A stretch of 64,000 bases of DNA, from contig OZ024748.1 in the NCBI GenBank assembly GCA_964016885.1, forward strand, positions 25,730,001-25,794,000, given 5' to 3'. Shown in pieces: positions 52,440-64,000 of this stretch. The position numbers and the translations under genes are program-made. Each line of letters opens with the position of its first letter. Positions within the stretch are counted from its first letter, which is position 1. Source of the stretch: Eledone cirrhosa. Lineage: Eukaryota. Under the pieces are notes generated by a model. It did not search any database and was not told the DNA's origin. It worked only from the letters and a program-made list of their open reading frames with translations.

Positions 52440-53330
52440 TAGGAACAAATAAACTTTATGTTATTTGTTTTGGTTCTCTGTTCTCTGAGTTCAAATTCTG
52501 CCGAAGTCAACTTTGCCTTTCATCTATTTGAGGTCAATAAAAAAAAAGTACCAGTCAAGTACTGGGGTTGATTCTTCCTCTATATCTCTTTTTCATTTCT
52601 GTTCTCTCACTCTCTATCCTTCTCTGGAATAAATCTGCTATATTCAGATCATGGAGAGGAGATGGGCTCCACCAGGTTTTAAAATGCCCTAAAAACACTG
52701 TATATCAATACGGCACCCCTATGACTCTCTCAAGAGTTACAGGACCCTTCATCCATAATAACAAAAGAATGAAGTTGACAATATTCACAAATTTTCTTGT
52801 TGATTTTATGATGAAAGCTGAGAGTACATACATACATACATAACACATACATACATGCATACACACACAACACAACATTCTCATCATTCTAGAAAATACA
52901 ACCAAAATGTGCCAGTGACTTTCCTAAACATTAAACTGATTGACAGACATTTATTTCTAAGAATTACTTGTAATCTATTCAGCATAATACAGATTAATTT
53001 ACATAGTATAGAGACACCATGGCAGTAAATTGGTTGAGTCGTTGAAATGTGGGATAGAATGCTTTGCAGTATTTGATCTGACACTCTGGGCTCAATTCCT
53101 ACCAAAAATTATCTCTGCCTTTCATTGAAGGTCAACAAAAAAAAAAACCAGTCCAGTTGTGTAGGGTTGGCTGATTCTTCCTCTATATATATTTATCATT
53201 TTCTCTCCTTCTCAAGAAGAAATGAGCTGTATTAAGACCTGGAGAGGGGGTGGGCTCCACTAGATTTAAAATGCCCTAGACACGCTGTGTCTCAATGGCG
53301 TTTTCATGACTCCATCAGGTGTTACAGGTT
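52440..53330 (+). mobile_element. Two family-A SINEs with an extended tail (~52440-52745 and ~53018-53330)
   Basis: B box plus GCCTTTCAT body, followed by a CT-rich segment and GGAGAGG.G.TGGGCTCCAC...AAAATGCCCTA tail. The tail also occurs at ~5100-5270(-), 20760-20940(-) and 22060-22210(-). Confidence 0.75.
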
Positions 53331-53394
53331 CATACATAAATACACACACATACATACATGTATACACACAAATATGCATACATAATGCAAGCAT

Positions 53395-53459
<65 letters not shown>

Positions 53460-53460
53460 T

Positions 53461-53493
<33 letters not shown>

Positions 53494-55468
53494 GATACAA
53501 GAGTTTCAAGTAGTAATTACATTAGTTTCAAACTAAACCCAATTTTGCAGAGCTTCAACATCAATATTCTGCTTCAGCTCAAACATTTCTCACATCTAAC
53601 AAGAGTTGTTTTAGCAGAAATTAGTTATAGTGTAATAAGGCCTTCAACTTGTTATTTCTAAATATTAAGCCAAAATTGTTTCCTTAAATTATGAACCAAC
53701 TCTGCATTTTGGATCAGCTTTTGTCAGTGGCAATTCAACGCATTTTCAATTGTCAAGGACAATTCAAGACCTGCCACCCAGGAAGATAATAACAAAATAC
53801 CAAGGATTGATTGACCGTTTCTTTATGGTGCTGGTTGCTATTGAGACTGCCAATGTCCTCAGTCACCAAACAACTCAGGACGGGGGTATCACACCTGAGC
53901 AATTAGCCCTGCAAGGTGATATCACTGATGCAGTGAGTATCGCTGGCTGTTTTCTACAGCAATGCTTTTGCCATCTTGTTTATGGAATGCAACTGATATA
54001 TACCATCCAGTCAGGGTATAGGTTCCTCCCAACAACTCTTTCTTTTTTACATTTGTTTTTTTATTATTTTTGTTATTATGATATTGTAAATGTATTCAAA
54101 ACATTTCTTTTAGAAAACAACACACAAGTATTTCTTTTAAAGCTGGACATCATATTATTGGTTTGTGGCCAATCAGATATGGGTATTCAGATGGTCTTAC
54201 ACTATAGATATGTGATTTGATTTTTAGTAAAACATGCTTTCAATTGTGTACAGAATAAATGTTGCTAATGCTTGGTTTAACACCAACACCTGGTGCTGGG
54301 GTGCATTTAACAGAGAAGTTCACTTTGTTGTAATCATTAAAACCAGACCCAACTTCCCTCCTTCCCGCCCCACCAACCCCTTCCACATATTTCCAGCAGA
54401 TGTTCAGTATGGGTACCAGCTGCATTAATTTCACCACTCTATGAGGACCTACATTGCCCTACCACTACTCCTCTTCTCAGTAAACAAAGAAAAAAAAAAC
54501 ATATCCATTCATTGTATATAGAAAGTTGATACAATCAAACAACCAGATTTCAAAGGAAGTATTCATCTGCCACATGAAGAGTTCAAACCCCAGAATACAG
54601 TGATACCTCTGACACATCCAAATACATGATTCTTAATTCTTAATGTCCTGTACCACATGAACCACATTAGCAAGACATTCTTGAAAAGTATAAAACAGTA
54701 CTATGACTGGATCTCATTAAAAATTGAAGTCTTTATTTAATACTACAAATTTTCACAATGATCTGTTCATTAATAAAGATACCATAAACATCCTTTTTTA
54801 ATTAACAAACCCATTTTTAGCCATTTTCTGAAAAACCATTACAAGATGTTAAGAGGTAATTAACAACTACAAATACGCAACATTATTTTTAGCATCAAAT
54901 TAAACATTAAAGTCTTTAGTCTAATACTGTGGATTTTCACAATGATCTGTCTGCTATTAATGATACTGTAAACATTTCAATTAACAAAACTGTTTTTATA
55001 TATTTTCTGCTAAATTCATTCGAGGGTGTTAAAGAGTTAAATTAAAATTTGTTTCCTAGAATACGCATCCAAATGTTTCCAAAACCTCAGCATTTTATAC
55101 TTTTTGTTTATAGATTTCTTTATTATTTGGGAGATTTATTTAACCCTTTCATTACTAAATTTCTGATAGAAAAAAACAACACTGCCTGTCATTTTCAAAT
55201 AATTTCAAGGGATATAGTGATATAACAAAGATTTTCATTATTAAGTATGAGTTTGGAACATAGCTTAACAAAGGTTCTTATATAAAATCACGAGGGAAGG
55301 TTTTTAGATAAATATAATCACTTTAAAATAAACAGTTTTATATAAAAACAGAGACAGTTCTAAAGAGTTTGGTATCAAAAGGGTTAAAGAAATTCAAATG
55401 AAATTTCAATAATTTTCTAAATAAATGTTATTTCAAGCAAAATATTTTTGCAATTTCAGTATTTAAAA

Positions 55469-55523
<55 letters not shown>

Positions 55524-58500
55524 ACATATATGAAAATATTGATAGCATATCTCAGAAATAGAGATAGCATTTCTTACATGTATGTGACATACAGGCAAAA
55601 AACTAAAAGTTTGGTAAAAAATTTATAAAAACAAAAATTATAGTGTAAAACTTTTCATAAGAATGCACAATGTCTTTTCTATGTCAAAACAATTTTCAAC
55701 ACACTCCAGATGAAATAATACAAATTCTTAATATTATAGTCCTATAAAATTGTGAACTTTATAACGTCTAGTACCACCACAAACGGCATTAACAAGACAT
55801 TCTTGAAAAATACAAAACAACAATCTACCCACTTTTAACAATACTATAAACTTTTGTATCAACAATCCTGTTGTTTGATATTTTCTACTAAATCATTACA
55901 GGATATTTATTGCACAACTCTAAAAGTAGGCAACGGTTGAACAGTTGCATATTTTTTGGTTGTGACAAACGAAACCAAATTTCAATTTTTCTCACAACTA
56001 TCAAGTTGCTCATCTGGAGAAAATATTTTAATATTTTCTACTCTTCATCATCATCCTAACCGTTCTATGCCCATTTTTCCACACATGGGTTAGACAAGGC
56101 ATGGGTAACCTATTATTTACATCATATCTTTTTCCATGCTTACTATTTATGTTTCAAGTTTTAATCAGTCAAAAGGTTAAGGGAACAACAACCTTTCTAG
56201 AGTTGGTGAACCAAAAATCACATTCTATAAAGGTTGATCATAGGAAGATCATCCAGCTGTAGAAAAGTTGCCCACAAAGAGGACCCAATAAGCGCACTTA
56301 ATACACTCTGTAAAGTGGTTGGTAATAAGAAGGGCATCCAGCCATAGAAAACTTGTCAAACAAAGGATCGGAAGGATTCTTCACTTGTGTCAAAGACATG
56401 ACACCTCCCTGGTGCTGGTGCCATAAGATGCACCCAGTATACTCTGCAGGGTAAGCAAGATATGGGACTCAACCTATCTAAGAGGTAGCTCCGTTTAAGT
56501 ACATACTTCATCTATGATAACCCATCCAACTCTTACTAGCAGAGAAAACAGACATTAAATGATGATGGTGCTGGTGATGATGGTTACAAGTTGGATAAAA
56601 ATAAATAAATGCTGATACTGAATAAGGTCAACTGGAATCTAATACATCATAGTGCAGATGGATCACTATATAAAACAATATCCTAATTAATGCTTTATAT
56701 AAATGTCATAGCAATTTACTTTTCCTTCAGCTTATATTGTAAGATAAATAATATATGTGTTAAACAAAAAATAGAAACTAGTTTAAAGAAATTTAGATAT
56801 AAGAGCCTTGTAAAATCCTAAAATCATAATATAATGCCAGGGTAGATTACACCCTGGACATATTGTCCTTAGAACTCAGAGAATCAGGTAAGTTCACTCT
56901 CACTAAAAATATATGGTTAACCCTTTGGATACCAACCCTGTTCAAAGCTGGCTCTGATTCATATGAAACAAAACCACCAATTTTAAAGGGTTTGAAGTTG
57001 AAATTAAAATTTTAAAATATAATTTTATATAAGAACCATATCTAGTAATGAAATAATTAATGATTTTAGTAAATCACTGAAAATTCTTCATTGATTAATT
57101 GAAACAGAGTGTAGTCCTGAAACGGTTAAAAGAGTTATAAAAATGTTTCCTTCTCCAAACAGTTGATGAAGTGTGGAAATGATGAGGAGTCATTAAAACA
57201 CAAAAGTCTTTGGGTATATTGTTGTTGACTTTTGTTTTGTTATGATTTTGTTCTAAAAACAACGAAATGTCAACAAAACAGTGGAAAGACCTAATTTGGT
57301 CAACACATCTCTATCAGATATTAGACATTAATTAAGGAGAGGAGGAGAGCAAAGTAAAGAAGCAGTACAAAACAAAATCTCTTACACAAGTTCATGGTAG
57401 ACTGGTTATCATAAACGAAAAGAGAAATGAACATTCATTTCAAGATTCTTTAGTTGGGAATGTTCTGTAGTAAATACAAGAACCATTTACCTGGTGCAAT
57501 TAGAGTGTAGAATCAAATGAGAACTTAATACTATGTTGTAAAAAACCATTTAGGTTTCATGGTCTTAAATCAGATCAGAGGTGAAATGTTTTAAATAAAT
57601 GATTTCTATTTAAGCACAAGGCCAGCAATTTGCGAGGAAGGAAAGTTAATTATATCAACTCAGAGTATGAGATGGGTAGTTCATTTTATCAACCCAGAAA
57701 AGATGAAAGGCAAAGTTGGCCTTTGTCCAACTCTCTAACGATTTTGCCAATCCACCGAAATGTTTAAATCATGAAAGGGCTGAGAGTTTGTGACAGCTGC
57801 TTCAATGCATCTCTAAAAAAGGCACATTAGATTAAGCAAACAGATACCAAATCTTCCTTCACACCTTCACTTCCATATTTCTAATGAAAGACCACAACCT
57901 ATCGTTTTGCAAATGATTTTGATAATAATCTAGAATTTTGAGGGGTTTAACTAGTTTTAATAATTATTAAATTGATGTTTGGAGCATGATGAAAGGTTTT
58001 TACATAAATATAAACACTTTAAAATCATAAAACACTTAGTATCATAGAACAATGGGTAGTTTCAGGTGATCTGATTTTAGAAAGGTTAAACTTAAAGAGG
58101 TTTATGGAGGAAGACCTGGCAAACAAAGCCCATAATAGGGTTTGCTCCCATAAGGAATGAAGATCCCTCATTGCCCAATGTTCCATAGATAGTGAACATT
58201 TCTAGAGAAAAACATAGAAAATCTTTAGCTTCAGTAAGAATCTTCTTCCACTTTAAAGATAACTCAATGTCAAATAATTAAAATCAATAAAAGCAGTATA
58301 TAAAATCTTTTGTCTAAGACAAATTAGTCATATGCAATAGAAAAGCAATAAGGTCCAACATCAACTTAAATAGTCAAAATGAAATACTAGGATTCCCAAA
58401 AGTATAACCCTTTTCATACCAGACTGCCTGAACCCATCAATTTATAATGGTCTCATTTAGACACAAGGCCAACAATTTTGGGGAAGTTAACTTCTCCAAA

Positions 58501-59059
58501 ATTGTTGGCCTTGTCTAAATGAGACCAGTTGATTAAATTGACCCTAGTGTGTTACTGGTACTTTATTTTATCAATCCCATAAGGAGGATTTGAACTCAGA
58601 ATGTAAAGGGACATAACAATATGCCACAAAGCATGTTGTCTGATCCTATACCGATACTGCCAATCTACCAGCCTAGAATGGATTTATAATATAAGCTTCT
58701 TTAAGTTATGTTCCAAACACCAAATAAATAATGCTTTTTAACATTGGCACAAGGCCAGCAATTTGGGGAAAGAGGAAAGTCAATTAAATCAATACATAAC
58801 TAGTATTTTATTTTATCAACCCTGAAAAAGAGCAAAGGCAAAGCTGACCTCAGTAGGATTTAAACACAGAATGTAAAGAGGTGGAACAAATACTGCAGAC
58901 CATTTTGTCCGAGGTTCATATATATATATGTTCAGTTTGTTTGTGAACAAACAGCCCAAATTAAGCTGTACAGTGTTTGGCAACCATCATTGCCCTTTTG
59001 TGCAACACTGACAAAGGAACGATGAACTAGTTTCTAGCTTATTAGCTGTCATCAGCCCG

Positions 59060-59582
59060 TATACCTTCCTGTCAGTCAATTGAACGTTTGAAAGTATATA
59101 CTTTCCTTATGCATATTAACGGCTGAGCAGCCCAATTTGCATATCGAGTGAGTTAGTCGGTCGGGCGTACCAAAAACGATAAATGGAAAAATGAAATTTC
59201 ATTTCTCACTCTTAGTACGGCTGATACTTAAATATAAGTATGTATACGTACATACATATATGTATACAGACGTACAATAGTATGTATAACCGAACATTAT
59301 AATAAATGTTCGGTAAACCCATACGTACATATATAAATGTGCACATGTATGTATGTAAATACATACTATTGTACGTCTGTATACATATATGTATGTACGT
59401 ATACATACTTATATTTAAGTATCAGCCGTACTAAGAGTGAGAAATGAAATTTCATTTTTCCATTTATCGTTTTCGGTACGCCCGACCGACTAACTCACTC
59501 GATATGCAAATCAGGCTGCTCAGCCGTTAATATGCATAAGGAAAGTATATACTTTCAAGCGTTCAATCGACCGACAGGAAGG

Positions 59583-59586
<4 letters not shown>
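59060..59586. mobile_element. Fold-back MITE with 228-bp inverted arms and TA flanks (Tc1/mariner-like)
   Basis: 59060-59287 versus 59359-59586 are 222/228 complementary. Ends are TA|TACCTTCCTGTC and GACAGGAAGGTA|TA. Confidence 0.9.
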
Positions 59587-60725
<1,139 letters not shown>

Positions 60726-61314
60726 CTGTTTTATTACAAATTACCAAACATACTAGAGTTGATAATCAGTTTAAAGCAGCCTTTTATTAAATAAAAATAT
60801 TCTATCAGACTGCTCTCTGCCTCTCTCTCCCCCCTCTCTCTCTGACACATACACACACATTTTCTCTCTCTATCTCTATTTGATTACAAGAGGGATAAAT
60901 GGTGAACATTTTCAAAATGGATCATCATATCACCTGAATATGCTATAACAACAACAACCACAAGAATGATGATGATAATTCAATTAATATAAGTTGTATC
61001 ATTTACCAAACAATAATTTAATAATCAATGAATTAAATATAAATATATTTCTGTTCAACTTCAGCAAGAAGAAGTAGATATAACAAAATATTTCAATATG
61101 AAAATATATGGAAACTTAGTAAATGGAAGGAAGTATTATGTTGTTGTTTTTTAAAATCATATTACAAAATATTTAGCTTTTGAATGAACTTATATCTGAT
61201 TTATTGATTTAGTGATGAAAAAATGTGCACCATGTGTACAATGTGTGTGGTGCAAAGACCAGGAACACCACAGAGTAGTACTTGATGATATATACATACA
61301 TATACTCACACACA

Positions 61315-61367
<53 letters not shown>

Positions 61368-61406
61368 TCACACTCACACAAACACACACACTCATGCAAA
61401 CACACG

Positions 61407-61442
<36 letters not shown>

Positions 61443-61994
61443 TACATATACATAGATAAATATATATATATGTATATATACATAATGGCTGCATCATAAT
61501 TTCTAGAATTGCCATCCCTTGCCCTTTTTCTCAAACATTTGTGGCAGGAACATGACCTTTTAGCCCTGCCAAGGACTTAGATTCCTATCAGCATAAGCTG
61601 TAGTGAAAGAAAAAAGAAAAAGCCATGCTCATGCCATACAGGTGAATGTCGTTTAGATCAAGTGATGCCTGTGCTTGAAGCATTTTGTAAGTGATGAAAG
61701 GCCTTGCACTGGACCAATCCCACTCTCCAAACAACAATAATAGTTATCCAAAAGAAGAACAAGTCAACATAATTGGTTGCAATTGTGTCACAGGTTTGAA
61801 ATCAGTTTTCCTTCTGCTAGAATGATGTCCTAACAAGAACTAGAAGTCTCACACTCCTGGTGGGCTAACTACACATGAAACCAAATATTTCCAGGTCCAT
61901 ACAGATACACACACACATATCTATATATATATATATACATACACACAAACATGCCCATATATATAAACACCAAAATTGACATAGCCCACAGAAT

Positions 61995-62220
61995 GTGATC
62001 CTGGATTCTCAGAACCTTCTAGTCCAGAGATATCCACACATTATTACCCTTCTCTGCTTCACTTTCGCCCGACCACACCTTCAATACTGTTGTCCAGTGC
62101 AGTCTCCTTACACAAAACCAAGTATCATGAAAATTGATGCTCCTCAAAGGTCAATCACAAAAATAATAGATGGCATGTCAGGCCTTGACTTTTGGGATCA
62201 ACTAGAGAATCTCAACGCGA
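61995..62220 (+). mobile_element. CR1-clade LINE C-terminal fragment
   Basis: FARPHLQYCCPVQSPY...IDAPQRSITKIIDGMSGLDFWDQLENLN matches CR1 LVRPHLEYC..VWSP...QR..TK.I.G...L.Y..RL. Confidence 0.85.
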
Positions 62221-62408
62221 TGTTGGTATCACCTTTAAACCACACCCAAACTTAGGCCCCTTACTATCCAAGACTTTTTGAACTTGATGGGGTCTGTTTC
62301 TGTTTTAATATGTTTTGGTGTAATGTTAGAGAGCAGGGTCAATTGAGGTGAAATAATTGTGCCGTATTGTTGTTATGAGATGCGAGTGAGATTTTTATAT
62401 ATATATAT

Positions 62409-62741
62409 GGAGGCACATGGCTTAGTGGTTAGAGCATTGGCCTTGCAATCGAAAGGTTGTGAGTTCAATTCTCAGACCGGGTGATGTGTTGTTTCCTTGA
62501 GCAAGACACTTTATTTCACATTGCTCCAGTTTACTCAGCTGTAGAAATGAGATGATAGGGACTGGGGTCCCTATCATTCCACTGCAAAGTGGTCGTGGAG
62601 GTGCCACGGAAAAAAGCACCCAGCACTCACTGTAAATGAGGTTGGTGTTAGGAAGGGCATCCAGCTGTAGAAATCAAGCCAGCATCAGTTCCCGTCCCAC
62701 CCTTGCAAGCAGGGAAAAGCGGACGTAAAATGAAATGATGA
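62409..62741 (+). mobile_element. Full-length composite SINE: tRNA head + CORE-like domain + hairpin + Ceph-domain-like block + RTE 3' tail
   Basis: A box TGGCTTAGTGG, B box GAGTTCAATTC, CCTTGAGCAAGACACTT...CAGTTTACTCAGCTGTAGAAATG, 11-bp stem at 62552-62577, AGGAAGGGCATCCAGC, and GGAAAAGCGGACGTAAAATG tail. Inserted in (TA)n. Confidence 0.85.
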
Positions 62742-62778
62742 TATATATATATATATATATACACATATATATATATAT

Positions 62779-62780
<2 letters not shown>

Positions 62781-62809
<29 letters not shown>

Positions 62810-63068
62810 ACGTTTAACGTCCGTGTTCCATGCTTGCATGGGTTTGGACGGGGGTAGTCCCACTTGAGGCAAGAGTGATTTTCTTGCTCGCATAGGACTG
62901 TCTGGCAGGTTTTCTACAGTTGGATGCCCTTCCTAACACCAACCACATTTACAGTGTGGGTCTGGGAGGTTTTTACCGTGTTGCCTACACGGCCACATTA
63001 CAGCGTGGACTGTGTGTTTTTTTGTCGTGGCACCTACACAATCTCATTTGTTTCGGCCTGGATGGCGC
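62781..63068 (-). mobile_element. RTE-tailed SINE-like 3' segment
   Basis: The minus strand has 40-bp units, AGGAAGGGCATCCA, and CCCATGCAAGCATGGAACACGGACGTTAAACG(TGA)n. Confidence 0.85.
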
Positions 63069-63756
63069 AGATTTTACATGTGGCCGGTGTTCTGGGGATA
63101 TAAGTAGCAGCAAGTGCCCACAAAATACTAGCTCTTTCAACTGCGCAGAGGGTTCTATAGAAATAGTGGACAGCTTCCGTTACCTGGGTGACAAAATCAG
63201 CAGTGGGGGAGGGTGCTCTGAAAGTACAGTAGCTAGAGTCAGAACTGGGTGGAAAAAGTTCAGAGAGCTTATACCACTATTAGCCGCTAAAGGGTTCTCC
63301 CTAAAAATGAAAGGCAGGCTGTACGATGCCTGCATACGAACAGCAATGTTGCATGGCAGTGAGACCTGGGCATTGTGTGCAGAGGATATACGCAGACTAG
63401 AGAGAAACGAAGCTTGCATGCTCCGCTGGATGTGTAATAGTAATATACGTGAACGACAAAGCATAAACGAACTAAGGAAAAAATTAGAAATAAGAGGGAT
63501 CAGATGTTGTTTACTAGAGAGAAGGCTACGTTGGTATGGTCACGTGATGCGCATGAAGGATGATAGCTGTATAACAAAGTGCAGGGCAATAAAGATAGAC
63601 GGTAGCCACGGAATAGGCAGACCCAGAATAACCTGGGACGAGCTGATAAACTCCGACCTCACACACTTACACCTCACCAAGACAATGTCACTGGACCGAG
63701 ACCTTTGGCGGTACTCAGTAATAAAGAAGACCCGCCTTGCCAGTAGGCATCTCTAA
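63069..63756 (+). mobile_element. Young RTE LINE ORF2 3' fragment (stop-free, ~229 codons)
   Basis: FTCGRCSG...VDSFRYLGD...GWKKFRELIPLL...LHGSETW...RRLRWYGHVMRM...GRPRITW. Confidence 0.93.
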
Positions 63757-63917
63757 CAAAATACACCCCGTCCCACCACCACCACCCCCACCCCATCCAC
63801 ACCACCCCGTTCTATGTAAAGTTATGTTGGTGCCGCGCCATCCAGGCCGAAACAAATGAGATCGTGTAGGTGTCACGACAAAAAAACACATATATATATA
63901 TATATAAATATACATAA

Positions 63918-64000
<83 letters not shown>

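Noticed and set aside
62409-62480. tRNA genes at SINE heads (also ~7250, 16915, 45846, 49725)
   Set aside because: A and B boxes are present, but there is no convincing cloverleaf and each continues into a SINE body.
62920-63756. 278-aa ORF as a host gene
   Set aside because: The first ~50 codons are antisense SINE sequence fused by inversion to an RTE fragment, and the start codon is TTG.

Overview
AT-rich, repeat-saturated eukaryotic DNA. The mix of tRNA-SINEs, RTE LINEs, TTAA MITEs and long (TA)n/(ATG)n tracts suggests an octopus or other coleoid cephalopod; this is an inference. The only host-gene sequence I can support is two minus-strand coding exons of an AGAP/centaurin-gamma gene: 20617-20675 (59 bp, DSFVNSQEWTLSRAVPDLKL) and 13623-13710 (88 bp, [30 protein letters not shown], with P-loop). 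Both have canonical splice sites and matching phases, and neither appears in the ORF track. The rest appears to be intronic: decayed RTE, Tx1/L1, CR1 and RNase-H LINE pieces, a mariner remnant, a probable non-autonomous Helitron, three TTAA MITE families, modular SINEs, and mini- and microsatellites. Nearly all listed ORFs are artefacts or TE debris. The most interesting signals are: (1) minimal type-I hammerhead ribozyme cores in Penelope-like remnants (best at 21161-21209, paired with a 52-bp antisense arm; a G5A-mutated one at 39578-39635; a degenerate one at 59021-59059); (2) a PHD-finger-like C4HC3 insert inside the RT region of the resident RTE LINE, reconstructed from three copies; (3) a twin-priming-like 5' inversion of a chimeric RTE/SINE transcript at 62781-63890; (4) a 228-bp-arm fold-back MITE with CpG-biased mismatches. 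I see no wholly new system that the sequence alone can establish. Repeat boundaries are approximate and all alignments were done by eye.
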